Assembly: GCF_009914755.1 (NCBI RefSeq) | Contig: NC_060925.1 | Reading direction: 5' to 3' (one strand) | Source of the DNA: the human T2T-CHM13v2.0 reference genome, Homo sapiens | Length of the DNA: 64,000 nucleotides | Translations under genes and position numbers: made by a program | The notes under the pieces: model-generated | The model's input: only the letters and a program-made list of their open reading frames with translations | Told to the model about the DNA's origin: nothing | The model's database searches: none | Shown: positions 40,791 to 54,300 of the stretch, piece by piece | Numbering within the stretch: position 1 is the first letter of the stretch | Layout of the letters: each line of letters starts with the position of its first letter

Positions 40791-43450
40791 AATGAGCGAG
40801 TGGTCTTGAAGATGGACCCATCACAGATGGTATGTGAAGTTCAAGGCATGGGAGTGGAAATGCAGGCTGAGCTGGGAAGGAAGCAAAGGTTGCTGACATG
40901 CGGGATCAAGGGGTAAATGCCCAGGTTGTTGATGCACTGTTCCCAAGCATGCTCGAGTCACCTGAGATGATGGCAGGGCTTGGGAAACAGAGGAAGTCAT
41001 GAGCCAAGCGCCAAGTGTTGACTAAAGGAGTATGATTGAGACCTTAGAGAAGGCAAGCCACAAGGATGGGATAGCCAAAATGCATCAGCCCCCCAAGGAG
41101 AAGGGTTTTGACAGGAGGACAGAAGAGTGACAGTCTTGGAGCAGCAACTGGGACCAAGGACACAGAGAGTTTCAGGAGAGGCACAAGATCTGGGGGAGTT
41201 TGCTGGCCATGCAGGGGCAGCTGTAGAGGACACAGGGGAAGGTTTGGAGAGGTGGGCAGTGGCCAGGAGCTGACTCAGGGGCACAGAATTACAGAGCTTC
41301 CCCCATGGTTTGATGGCCTGTTACAAGACGGGTGGCACTTATGGTAGGCAGGGAGGGTGGGTTTGGGCCATGGTACATAAAAACTGGAATGGGAGCCCAA
41401 CAGATTGAACCTCCATAGCTTCTCTGTGGAGCCGCCCCTGACCTCATGGCCAGAGGATATCTCTCCCTCAGCGGAACCCATGCAAAACCCAGAAATGACC
41501 AGCCTGGCATTGTGATGACATATGGATCCATGCATTCATTCAACAAATATGTTTCACCCCTTTCTATGAGGGCAAGCACAGTTCAAGGTACTAAGGATGC
41601 ATCGATAAGAAAAACAGGCCCCAATCCCTGCCCTTGTGGAAGGAGGCAGATGAAAAGCAATAAATGCAATGTTTTCTACATAACACATTGGAGAGACATG
41701 CTATGGAAAAAACTCCAAACAGAGCAGGATGAGGGATCTGAAGGAAAGGAGGAGAGGGGTGCAATTTTAAAGTAGGTTTTCAGGGCCCTTCCTGAGAAGG
41801 TGCCACCTGAGCAGACGTGAAGGGGTGAGGGAGCGAGCCATGAGCACGTGCATGTCTAGAGGCTGGAGTGAATCAATTAAGGGGTGGTCAGAAGGGAAAC
41901 CAGCGGGGGCTCAGATCAATGGGGGCTTGAGGGACGTGGGGGCCATCAGGGAGTTTGAGCCATGGAGTCACACAACTGGATCCTTGTCTTCAAAGGACGA
42001 CTCTGACTGCTCCACTGGGAATAGACTGTAAGGGGACAATGTGGCTGCTGCAGTGGGGATGACAAGAAGAGGCCAGATCATGAACTTCTGTCTTTATTTA
42101 CTGGCTGTCTCTTCCATTAGTATCTCTACTCACGCCTGCCTGTTCCCACTGCATCCCCAGCACCTGGTGTCCTTCAGTGTCCTTGGGAGGCTGCTGGCAC
42201 TCATTCATTCATTTCACTTTAGAAATATTTATTGAGCACCTATTATGTGCCAGGCATAAATATGAATAATGTCCTGCCCAGAAGGACAGCAACCATTTGG
42301 GATTTAGCATCTCTAGGCCATCAGAAAAGTGTTGGTATTTAACAGGCACACCAGGAACCTCTCTAAGCCGTATAGAACTCTTAGCATCCAAGTTGGACCC
42401 AACATTTCATCAGGAAAACACAGTCCAGAGCCTCAAATCATTCCAATCTTTCTATGTGCCTCTTAGAGAATATGAGAGGGGATCCAATTTATAACTCCGG
42501 GCACTCCTTCTGAAAAATCCTTTTTTCTTGCCCTCCCCAGTCCTCCCTCCCTTGTTCTTTAAGGCCCTCCCTCCCTCTTCTCCCCTGGCCCCTTTTGCCA
42601 GCTCCACTCAATCCCTTTCTGGTTTCTCTCACCTCACCAGCTCTTTTCCAGATGTAGCATCCCAAAAGTCAAGGAACTGGACAAAGACACGCTGTGTGGC
42701 ACACTGAGGAAGGAGGTGGGGAAGGTAAACATAGTGTTGACCCTCACACACTTGACAAGCCCCACTCACACCAGACACCATTCCGAAGACTGAGCCCTGG
42801 CTTCCCACACCCTGACCCGGAGATGCCATGGCCTCGTCCCTGTCCCTGGGTGTTTCCTGTGGCCCGCGCCCACCTGAGGCCCAGGTTGGGACAGAGCTGG
42901 AAGGGAAGACACTCAGCAGAATCTACTCTGGTCCTCATGGTCCCCATCTCTCATGGGGATGGCCCTGGGCCCCTCCCAGGAGAAAGTCCTACACGCACAC
43001 CCATTTACCTGTGTGCCATTGAGGCACCCCAAACCCACATCCAAAGCCAGCACACTCCCTTGAGGCCTCACTGTCCTCATCTGCAGAAGAATAATACCTT
43101 AGAAGGTTTTATGAGGATTAAATGAGATAATATATGTGCCTGGCACATTTTCAGTGTTTAATAAATTCCCGCTGTCATTGCTGTGACCTTTCCCCACTCC
43201 CACATTTCCTCTGCTGCTAGATTATAAACTCCTTGCCATGTGGGCTGGGTCTCATCTTTGTATAGCCAGTGGCTAATTCAGGGCCTGGAATACAGTAGGT
43301 GCTTATCAATGCTGGATGAATTGATAAAAAATATGCATTAACCAGGCCTCCACAGGATTTAAAGTTTATTCTTTCCAAGGGGTTCTGACATTCTTTTTTT
43401 TTTTTTTGTAATATAGATTTTGGTTTTTTATTTGCGTGCATGTGTGTGTA

Positions 43451-43811
43451 TTTTTTTTAAGATAATTTCAACTTTTAGATTTAGGGGGTACATATACAGG
43501 TTTGTTACATGGATATGTTGCATGATGGTGAGTTTTGGGGTGCCACTGATCCCGTCACCCAGGTAGTTAGCACAATACCCAATAGTTAGTTTTTCAACCC
43601 TTTCCCCACTCCTTCCCTCCCCGACCAGTAGTCCCGAGTGTCTATTATTGCCATCTTTATGTCCATGAGTATACAAAGTTAAGCTCTCACTTACAAGTGA
43701 GAACATGGGGTTTTTGGTTTTCTGTTCCTGCATTATTCGCTTAGGCTAATGGCCTCCAGCTGCATCCATGTTGCTGCAAAGGACATGGTTTTGTTCTTTT
43801 TTATAACTGCA
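43451..43811 (-). mobile_element. Older primate L1 (L1PA16/L1PB-like) 3' fragment
   Basis: tttcaacttttagatttagggggtacat..caggtttgttacatgg...gcatccatgttgctgcaaaggacatg; TSD tgacattc at 43386-43393 and 43812-43819. Confidence 0.88.
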
Positions 43812-45489
43812 TGACATTCCTAAAGGGTCAATGCTGAGGGAGTCTGCCGTCTGTTATCAGATGAGATGTCCCTCATCTAAGCCCCGCTCCCTGGGCCAGG
43901 GACAGTGTGGGCAGATTGGGTTGGGTAAGATGCCTTCGGCAGAATCTCACCCCAAGGTGGACTGGAGCTGAGGTCTGGGATCGCTGCATGTCTGGGTGCT
44001 GGCTCCCTAAGGCTGCGTTCCCCAATCAGCATTCCAGACAGGAGCGAACCAGGATGCAGGGGGACTGGGCGGGGAGTGAACATTGGGAGGGGGGATGTGG
44101 CTCTGTCAGGAAATGAAGGCCGCCATCTTGTCCAGCACCCTCACGTCTTGCCTCCCCACCCCCTTGAAGTTGCCAGGCTTTGCTCTGGCCACCAGGAGAG
44201 AGATCTCCTGAGAGAAGGCTACTTGGGGAGACAGCAGCTCCCTCCCGGCTCTTTATCTGCCTGCTGCTGTCAGTCAGCCCAACAGGAGATAAGCCCAGAG
44301 CTGTCTGGGCCTGAGCCCAGAGGGAGAACATAATTAAAAAGCCACTGCTGGCCTGGCGGGGTGCCGGGGTGTCGGGGAGCACCTGAGGATCTCAGCTGGG
44401 GACATGGAGGGGACCCAGGGGGAAACAGTCCCTTCTTTGAGAAAGAGCAGGGTAGTCAGCACTCACTGAACAGCCTTGCAAATAAAGGGCAGCAGGCTAC
44501 CAGCCCAGGGAAGCTTTGCCTGGCACCTACCCCGCAGACAGGAAAACCAGAGGGAATCTGACCTCAGACTTCTATCCCACACCCTTCATTTGACTTTGCT
44601 TCCCATTCCCACCCCACTTCTTCAAGGCATGTGATTACTTGGGCGAGGGTCTTGGGAGGCCCTAGATCATTGAGATGTGGTCCTGAGAAGTGCTATGGAG
44701 GCCTTCATCCTGCAAGGATGAAAGCCATGCATTCTCTTATTCATTCAATCAACACAAAGGGGGTTGTGAAGCCAAAGTCGAATCAAGGTGAAGCCAAAGT
44801 CGATGTGGCCCATGCCCACGTGTGTAGCGCCTATGCTCAAATGGGAAACAGAGAGTAACAGACATCGCTCAGAAACAGAACGCAGCACAACAAATGGATA
44901 GAGATACTCTTGGGGAGAAAAACTCAGCTCCGTGGGGGGATGACAGAGGATGCTGGGCACACTGGTCTGGCCTCCCTGCAGAGGGGACCCAAGTTGACCA
45001 TGAAGGATGAGTAGGGGGTTACTGGTTTAAAAATGAGCATGGGGTGGGCCTTCCAGGCAGAGCAGCAAGCACAGGGATGGAAGGAACAGGACACATGTCC
45101 GGAGTGGAAACTGCTGGGACCCGCAGGGTGTGTTTGGGGACCGTGGTGATGCTGGGCTGGAGAGGCCAGCAGGGGCCCAACCCCACAGAGCCACAGGCCA
45201 CCTTAAGCTTTGGTTCTCTGTCCAAGAAGCAAGGGAACCCATTGGTGGGTAGAAGAGGGTAGTGGGGTAGCAGAGACCTGTCCAGTTTATGTGTCCAGAA
45301 TGTTTGTTCTGGCCAGTGGGTGGAAGATGGATTCTTGGGCAAGAGTAGATTCAAGAGGCAGATCAGGAGCTGCAGTCCAGGCAGAGGTGGTGGTGGCCTG
45401 GGACAGGGTGCTGGTGGCCATGAAGGGAGGATGTGGACGGATACAAGGGCTTTTCTAGGGAAGACACATGGGTCTTGGCGATGGATTGG

Positions 45490-45490
<1 letters not shown>

Positions 45491-45535
<45 letters not shown>
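45491..45535 (+). repeat. (TG)22 microsatellite
   Basis: Pure TG run. Confidence 0.97.
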
Positions 45536-45536
<1 letters not shown>

Positions 45537-46180
45537 GCGGGCGTGGGGGTGGGGGGTGGTGAGAAGGAGGTGCAGGAATGACTCCCAGGTTTTGGCCTCT
45601 ACACCTGGAAGAATGTGGCTCCCCTTACTTTGGTGACTATTGGGGTTGGCCCTCACATACCAAGCGTTCACTGCAGTGGGCAGCCTCACTGAAGTCAGAG
45701 GAGGGACGTGGTGAGCTATTCCAACGCTCTCATTCTGCAGAGGCAACATCTGAGGCTTAGAGATTACCGGACACATAGAGGATGGGGTCAGAGCCTGAGC
45801 CCCTCGACTCCCCTCCCCGCGTGGTCTGTTGGGGAGAATTCCAGGCTGAACGTGAGGCTCACTGGGCTCTAGCCCTGACTGTGCGCCAACGCTTTGAGTG
45901 AATCCCAGCAGGTCACATGCTTTCAAGCCTCAGTTTCTCTACCTGTAAAATGAAAGGAAGAGAACGGCCACTTCTCTTCTCAGGGGAGATTGGTAGTTAT
46001 CCTGCGGTCACTTCCTTCCCAGGAACTGGGAAGTTCTTGGGGAAAATGAAAACAATGATGCTCTGATTGCTTGAGGGTGTCTGAAACGGGAAAACTAGGT
46101 TGAGGGGACCTGGGGGAGCCTCTTCCCACTTCCTGCCCTTCCTGTGTCTCACAGGTTCTGAAGGCTGAGTAGCCAGCGGG

Positions 46181-46319
46181 ATGCCCGGCTTGCTGAATTG
46201 GATCACGGGGGCAGCCCTGCCCCTCACCGCGTCTGATGTTACCTCCTGTGTCAGCGGTTATGCCCTGGGCCTAACTGCCTCCCTCACCTATGGCAACCTG
46301 GAAGCCCAGCCCTTCCAGG
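46181..46319 (+). CDS. VWA5B1: VWA5B1 first coding exon (exon 2 spans 46155-46319): MPGLLNWITGAALPLTASDVTSCVSGYALGLTASLTYGNLEAQPFQ(G)
   Basis: Acceptor tctcacAG|46155; in-frame upstream TGA at 46166-68; ATG 46181; donor G|GTAAGG; 139 nt (phase 1). N-terminus recognised as VWA5B1 (VIT-like region). Confidence 0.95.
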
Positions 46320-46492
46320 GTAAGGACACCTGCTGGGGCCTCCCCGGGACCACCCCCTCCTCCACAGTGAATCCCTGTTTTGACATTTACTCGCTGACTG
46401 ACCTTAGGCAAGTCATGCCACCCCTCCGAGTCTGTTTCCTCATCTATAAAATGGTGAGATTCTTTCTGCTTTGCAGGCCTCAAAGCTAGTAG

Positions 46493-47119
<627 letters not shown>

Positions 47120-47694
47120 TGAATATGAACCACGGTCAGGGATGTGGAGTCACACTGGCCTGCCAGAGTCATTTGTAAATCAAACTCCTCTCCTTCCACT
47201 TCAGGAGGGGAATTGTGGGAAGGCTAGGAGGACACCGGCCAGGATTCCCTTCCTATCCGCAGTGATGGGGCCTCATAACCACCAAACTTCATGTCTTTGG
47301 TCACCAACCTTTGGTGACCAAACCTCAGCCCCACCTGAGGTTCTGAAACCCCTGCAGGCTACCCTGAGGACCAACACTACCCAAAGGGAGCTGCAGGGAA
47401 ACTTTCTTTCCCTTAGAAATCTCCTGGGCAGGGCAAATGGCCCTGTTCCTCTGTTCAAGGAAACCTAGAGAGGGCGACTTAAATGAGGATCTACCTGTGG
47501 ACTCAGGGGGCTAAATACCAAATAACTTCCAGCAGCCCTTTGGCTTTCCACGTGCAGAAGGAACAAGTGCCCCCATTTTACAGATGAGGAAACTGAGGCC
47601 CAGAGGGAGCGGAGGTCGGGGTTTGTGAGGGGCTCACCCTGGACCCAACATTGTGCTGTTCCAATATTAAGAGGGTAGATAAAATAAGACCTTA

Positions 47695-47846
47695 ACACTG
47701 TAAATGTGATCCCCAGCCGCCAGCATTACTCAGAAGCTGCTTAGAACTGCAGGACGTCTGGCCCTACCCCAGAGCTACTGAATCTGAGTCTGCATTTTAA
47801 CAAAATCCAAGGTCATTCGTGAGCTTCGAAAGTTTGAGAAGCACTA
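47695..47846. mobile_element. MER5A-like relic
   Basis: cttagaactgcag..ctggccctaccccagagctactgaatctgagtctgcattttaacaaaatcc...agtttgagaagcact. Confidence 0.65.
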
Positions 47847-48414
47847 AGATATAATAATGTGTGGCACGTGGCTTAATAAATGATGCCTATTTTTTCGATT
47901 CTCACTACAAACCCTGGGAATTAGGCTTCATTATCCCCATCTTACAGGTGGTGCCAGGAGGCCTAGAGAAGCTAAGTGTCTTATCCAAGGTCACCTGGCT
48001 AGGAAACATGATGGGGTCTGGATTAGAACTCTAGTCTTCCTCCAAAGCCCCAATCTTCCATGCCACAGGTGGCAAACCTGTGGCCCATGGACAAAACTGA
48101 CCACACAGATGTGCTATATGAGGCCCACACAAGTCCCATAGAAACCCATGTTTTCACTCTCTTGGAAAATCAGAAGTTCTGGCCACACCAGGCTCACACA
48201 CCTGCAAAATAAGAGCTGGCCCTGCCGCTGTGCTTACCCACCTGGTCCCAGAGCTGGGAGGTCCCAGTCTGGCTCTCTGCCGAGGCCTCTCGGCATCCAA
48301 TAAGCGGCAGTGGGCACCACCCAACAGGCAGACCAAGGGTTCAGGTTCCTTCCAGGCAAGGGGTGTGCAGGGTAGGCCTGGGGCACCCCGTGATGCTGGG
48401 CCCTGCTCCGACAG

Positions 48415-48567
48415 GCCTCTTCGTGTACCCCCTGGATGAGTGCACCACGGTGATCGGCTTTGAGGCAGTCATTGCCGACCGTGTCGTGACAGTACAGATC
48501 AAGGACAAAGCCAAGCTGGAGAGCGGCCACTTCGATGCCTCCCATGTTCGATCCCCAACAGTCACAG
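48415..48567 (+). CDS. VWA5B1: VWA5B1 exon 3: (G)LFVYPLDECTTVIGFEAVIADRVVTVQIKDKAKLESGHFDASHVRSPTVT(G)
   Basis: acAG| acceptor, ACAG|GTAAGG donor, 153 nt, phase 1-1; FxYPLD..GFEA is VIT-domain-like. Confidence 0.95.
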
Positions 48568-49689
48568 GTAAGGAGACCAGAAGGGCTGCCGCGGGACCTG
48601 GGTTTGGCCAGCCAGAGGCTGCCTGGGCTGGAGCCTCAGGCCAACTGCAAGGATAGCAGTGGGATATGAGGCAGAAAGAGCACTGAACTAGTCAAGAATC
48701 TTGGACAGAATCCTGTGCCACCTTGGGCCAATAATGAACTTCTCTGAACCTCAGCTTCACTGTCTGTAAGACAGAGGTAATTGACTTTCTGTAGTCACCT
48801 CAAAAGTGTGAGGCTCAAAGGAAGGGAGGCAACAAAAGGATTTTAAAGGTCTCTCTAGAGAACAGAATAACATATCTTTTAAGTTCAGAGGCTGTGGGAC
48901 CAGTCACACCAGGATTTGACTTCCTTTCCTGTTGCTCACAAATGGTGGAGCTTAGAGAAAAAATTAACCCCCTCTGTAAAATGGAATAAATAGCTGTCCT
49001 CACCCGATGCTCAACAAGGACAATGCACGCAGAGGACTCACATCACAGTAAATACTCAAAGCATGGCTACTAATGCCTGCTACTGAGGAAACTGAGGCTC
49101 AGAGAGGGAGAGCAACTGGCTCAAGGTCAGTAAAAGACAGCTGTTACTGCCTTTTAGGCAGCACGTCACACAGCATGTTAGTGGAAGAGCCAGGGCTAGA
49201 ATGTAGACCAGGTATAATATAATGTAAGAGATTCTTACTACTGGATCTACGATCAAGGTGAAGTTTGTTCACGTGGTTATTAAAATGTTCGGTGAGCACT
49301 CATCCTGTGTAATGTGCAAAGTTGTCCCTGAGTTGTTATGATTTATCACAGTCTGAAAGGCTAGTTAGGATCTGTCTAGGAGTAACCATGATGGGAGCAG
49401 GGGGTGGAAAGTGGCTGTGTCAAGAGAGGTTGTGATGATGTTAGAGGAAAAGACCAGCCCAGATCAGGGACCAAGGAGGTGTTCACGGAGGGGTTGTGTG
49501 GGTGGGTAGACTGGCTAATTAGGGATGAAGGAATAGGTGTTTTGATAAAAGGAAAGAGCATGAGCAAAACTATGGATCCCCAAGGTGGAGGACGCTTCGA
49601 TTTGGTTCTTGGGGTGGGAAGTAGAGTTTGGAGGATGAAGATGTAACTCTCTGTTGGGGGTTTTGTGAGTCCAAGTTTTCCACTCCCAG

Positions 49690-49925
49690 CAAGGTAGAGT
49701 GGAAAGTTCACAGGCCTAGAGTCAGACGCATGGGGGTTCAGATCCTGCTTCAATGGCTTACTTATTCACAAGTCACACCCTCAAGCTGAGCCTTGATTTT
49801 CCCATCAGCAAAATGGGCCACTCACACTTACCACAACAGCAATCTTAGAGGGGATCAGAGATAATCTATGTACAGCCCCTGACGCCAGCCTGGCACTTAG
49901 GGAACATTCTGCAAGACGGGGTTTC
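49690..49925 (+). mobile_element. MIR overlapping the exon-4 acceptor
   Basis: ctagagtcagac..gggttcagatcctgct...ctgagccttgattttcccatc.gcaaaatggg...gagataatctatgtacagc..gcctggcacttag follows the MIR consensus order. Confidence 0.65.
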
Positions 49926-50171
49926 CATAGCCCCTCATTCCTGCACACCGGGAAAGGTGACCTTGGACGAGGATTTGGAGCGGATCCTGTTCGTGGCCAA
50001 CCTGGGGACCATTGCCCCCATGGAGAATGTCACCATCTTCATCAGCACCTCCTCGGAGCTCCCAACGCTGCCCAGCGGGGCTGTGAGGGTCCTTCTGCCT
50101 GCTGTCTGTGCCCCAACCGTGCCCCAGTTCTGCACCAAGAGCACTGGCACCTCCAACCAACAGGCCCAGGG
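49901..50171 (+). CDS. VWA5B1: VWA5B1 exon 4: (G)NILQDGVSIAPHSCTPGKVTLDEDLERILFVANLG...TSNQQAQ(G)
   Basis: ttAG| acceptor, GG|GTAAGG donor, 271 nt, phase 1-2, open frame. Confidence 0.9.
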
Positions 50172-50385
50172 GTAAGGAAGCCCTGCCCAGACCAATCAGA
50201 GTCCCAGGTGGGCAGCAGAGAGTGCGTCAGGTGACATTAGTAGGGGACAGGGTGGGGGGAGACAGGGAGGAGATGGGGAGGCTCTGCTCTACGATTGCCA
50301 CCCTCTGAGCCATTTGCTTCTCCCCTGCTCACTTTTAGAACACTTAAAAGTATCCCTGAAATGCCCCTGTAATGGTACTGGCCAG

Positions 50386-50446
50386 AAGTTATGAAATTTG
50401 GACAGCTTGGAATCAGCATTTCCAAGCTGTCCAAATTTCATAACTT
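50386..50446. repeat. Perfect 27-bp inverted repeat with a 7-nt spacer
   Basis: aagttatgaaatttggacagcttggaa-tcagcat-ttccaagctgtccaaatttcataactt. Confidence 0.97.
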
Positions 50447-52495
50447 TACTCAAGAGGTACTTTCTGAGCACCTACAATGTGCCAGACACTGAGCTGGTTG
50501 TTAGGGATAGAGAAAGAGAAAAACCAACATGTTTCCTGACATTTTGGAACTTGGTGGAAGACCATTATACAACGATTAACACAATGAATTATGTGACTAA
50601 TTATGTACTGGAATGCGTTATTGACTGAAAAGTACAAGGAAGGAGAAGTTCATTGGGCTAAGAGTATAAAAGACGGACCCAACCTAGGGGGCCAGGGGCT
50701 GGACCAGGCTTCTCCGAGGAGTGATGTTTCAGCTGAGAACTGAACGATGCGGAGGATGTAGGCACAGAGAAGAGCGTTCTCGTGGGCGAAAGCAGCAGGG
50801 ACAAAGGCCCTGGGGTAGCAAGGACAGGGCCCCAGAGAAGAACAGAAGCACAGGTGGCACGCAATGAGGCTGCAGAGGCATTGGATGCCCTTTGGCCCTG
50901 GCTAAGACTGCGTTTCTCCCAAAAGCAACAAGGAACCATTAAGAGGGTTTTTGACAGGATGGGGAGGGGAACATGACAAGCCCAGTACTTGGACAGTTTC
51001 TCTGTCCTCCCCTGGTGTACAGGAGGGAAAAGGAGGTGGGTCACAGTCCAAGGCACTTACAGCTGAGATCATTTTCTATGAAAATAAGTGCTATAGGGGA
51101 TGGAAGGGGACAGAGTGGGACAAGTGCTATTTTAGCTGCAATGGACAAGAACTAGACACCATTTGTGGCCTGACCTGAATGAAGGGTGCAAGCCATGGAC
51201 ATATTCTAGAGGGAATATTTTGTGCAGGGAGAGTCACAAGTGCAAAGGCCCTGAGGCAGCAGCAGGTGCCATGTGTCACGGCAGCAGCAGAAAGGCTGGT
51301 GTGGCTATCGCAGAGTGAGAGAGGAAAGGAGAGAGGTCAGATGGGTGGTGACAAGGGGGAACGTGCAGGGCCTTGAAGGACAACACTTGGCACAACAGAG
51401 AAGCTGGTGGCATAAGCCAGTCTCAGACCAAAGAGCGCCAGCCTGTGTGTTGTCTTTGTAAGTGTTGCCAGTGATGACGAGCCTTGTGCATTTGAGAGGC
51501 AGGGCCTAGCTAGGACATCCGGACCTCAGTGGATCAGGGAACAAGAGGCTCAGGTGGCCCTGATGCCACTGAGTGGGTCCTAATACGCTTATTCCTGCCC
51601 ATTCCAGCAGGCAGAGTTAAGAGTGACACTCTTGGGAAAAGACTGCCTCAAACCCCTGTGAATCTCAAAGGAGCTCAGATAGAGTGACACAAGACAAAAT
51701 TCAAAAACCAGATGATGCCAAGTATTAGTGAGGAGAGGGGGGATGCTTGTTCACTGCTAATGGAATTAGGAAAGGGGACATCCACCCTGGAAAGCAATCT
51801 GGCAATCCTCGGTGTGGCCTTTCACCCAGGGATCATGGAGAAGTTCTTTCACAAGTCCAAAGGGAGCACGGACAGGGATATTCATGGTGGCGTTATTTGT
51901 GGATGCAGGGAGGCCGAGCTGGGAACAACAAGTACAATGTAATGGATGCCCCCAAGTGACATCAAGTTAGCAGCGAGGACTTGGGTTTGCAGCCACCTGG
52001 GTAGAGTTTTAAGACGTAACACGGTGCCAAAAAAAGTAAGAGATCGAGGGAGACTCATAATATAAGGCAATCTTGTCAGCTTAAAGCACAATCACACCCA
52101 AATGCTGCCAAGTATTTTACAAGGATGTGTGCATATGGAAGGACATAGATTAAAGACCTTAGGGGGTGTGCCTGTGGAGACAGAACAGGATGGGAGATGG
52201 GGTGGAGATTGCAAAGAAAGAGGGTCCCGAAACGTGAGTACTCAGCAGGTGACAGACACTTGGCTAAGCCGTTGCTCCTGGAGTCCTCAAAGCAACTGCA
52301 AAGTATTGTCCCCATTTAAAGGATGGGAAAACAAACACTTAGAGGAGAAATGACTCGCAGGGCTTGCAGCTTACAGAGACAGAGCAGAGATTCAGGACGT
52401 GGCGTGACGCAGTACAAACTCTTTCACCATGGAGCCAGACAGACCTAGGCTAGGAGATCTGGGCCAGGACTCTGCCAAATCTTAATAGTGGGAAT

Positions 52496-52934
<439 letters not shown>

Positions 52935-53108
52935 TTACATCAGAATCCAGGCTCTCCCTGGGGTCAGGTTGAGTGGGAGAGCACGGGTCTGGGGGCCCCC
53001 TTGGTGGGCTGGGCTGCCTGGAACTCATCGTCCTCTCCTTGTCTTCTCGCGCTGGACCCCTTCTTCCACCCTGGCTGGTCTCCTTTCCTTCCCCCGGCCC
53101 TTTTCCAG

Positions 53109-53254
53109 CAAAGACAGGCACTGCTTCGGTGCCTGGGCCCCGGGCTCCTGGAATAAGTTGTGCCTGGCGACTCTCCTGAACACCGAAGTGTCCAACCCCA
53201 TGGAGTATGAGTTCAACTTCCAGCTGGAGATCCGTGGGCCATGTCTGCTCGCAG
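53109..53254 (+). CDS. VWA5B1: VWA5B1 exon 5: (G)KDRHCFGAWAPGSWNKLCLATLLNTEVSNPMEYEFNFQLEIRGPCLLA(G)
   Basis: ttttccAG| acceptor, GCAG|GTGAGA donor, 146 nt, phase 2-1. Confidence 0.95.
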
Positions 53255-54168
53255 GTGAGAGGGAGACATCCAGACGGGATGGGTGAGCTTCAGGCGAAAA
53301 GCCAAAGGCTGCCAGGGATGGGACGGGGGTGGGAAGGAAAGCCAACTGGCCCAGATGGCAGACCTACTAAAGTACACAAAGCCTGTGGACCCCCATTTCC
53401 CATGGCCCCAACAAGCAGCCCAAAGATAAGTCCCTTCCCAGGATGGATTTCAAGGCAACCGACTTTCACCCCAGTGGCTTCCTCGGAAGAATGTCCATGG
53501 GGAATGGTGGCCCTTGGTTCTCTCCTAGAGGCCACAGCTGTAAAGCTGCTTCCTGGTTCTCACCTTGTCTACATATCAGAAGCACCCAGAGACACCCAAA
53601 CATCCTGCATCCTAGATCCCACCCCCCAGAGATTCTGGGGTGAGTTCCAGGCATGGAAACATTTAAAAGCTTCCCAGGAGATTCTAACATGTAACCAGGA
53701 TTGAGAACCATTGCTCTGAAGCTTCTCCCCACAACCACTCAGAGCCTTAAAAGGACACTAGGATATGGTTTCTTGTCAGTGCGTCCTCTCCTAGAGCAAC
53801 ATTGCATTCCAGTGTGAGGTGCGTTTATGGAGCACCCGTCAAAAAAGCACCCTCCGACGGAGCGCTGAGAGCCATCTGCTTGGCAGGATGCTGGGATCAG
53901 TGCGTGCCCTATAAGAATGCAACTCCTCCGACCCCCACTAGATCCTGAGTTCAGAGCAGGAAGAGTCATCAGACACCATCTATCTAAGCTTTCATTTTAC
54001 AGGTGGGGAAATTGAGGCAGCCTGGCCATGGTCACACTGCAGGTCAGGAGCCCCTAACGGGGCTGGCATGTCACTCATCTCTGGCCTGGATCTCGGTGTG
54101 CCCCAGCGAACTCCTCTCTCTCCTGACCTCATGAGCCTATATCCCCCTTGCCTTTCTATGCCACTCAG

Positions 54169-54300
54169 GGGAGGAGAGTCCCACTCATGAGATTCGTGCC
54201 GACGCCGCCCCATCTGCCCGCTCGGCCAAGAGCATCATCATCACCTTGGCCAACAAGCACACCTTTGACCGGCCTGTGGAGATCCTCATCCACCCCAGCG
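54169..54300 (+). CDS. VWA5B1: VWA5B1 exon 6: (G)EESPTHEIRADAAPSARSAKSIIITLANKHTFDRPVEILIHPS(E)
   Basis: ctcAG| acceptor, GCG|GTACGG donor, 132 nt, phase 1-1; this frame is absent from the ORF track. Confidence 0.93.
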
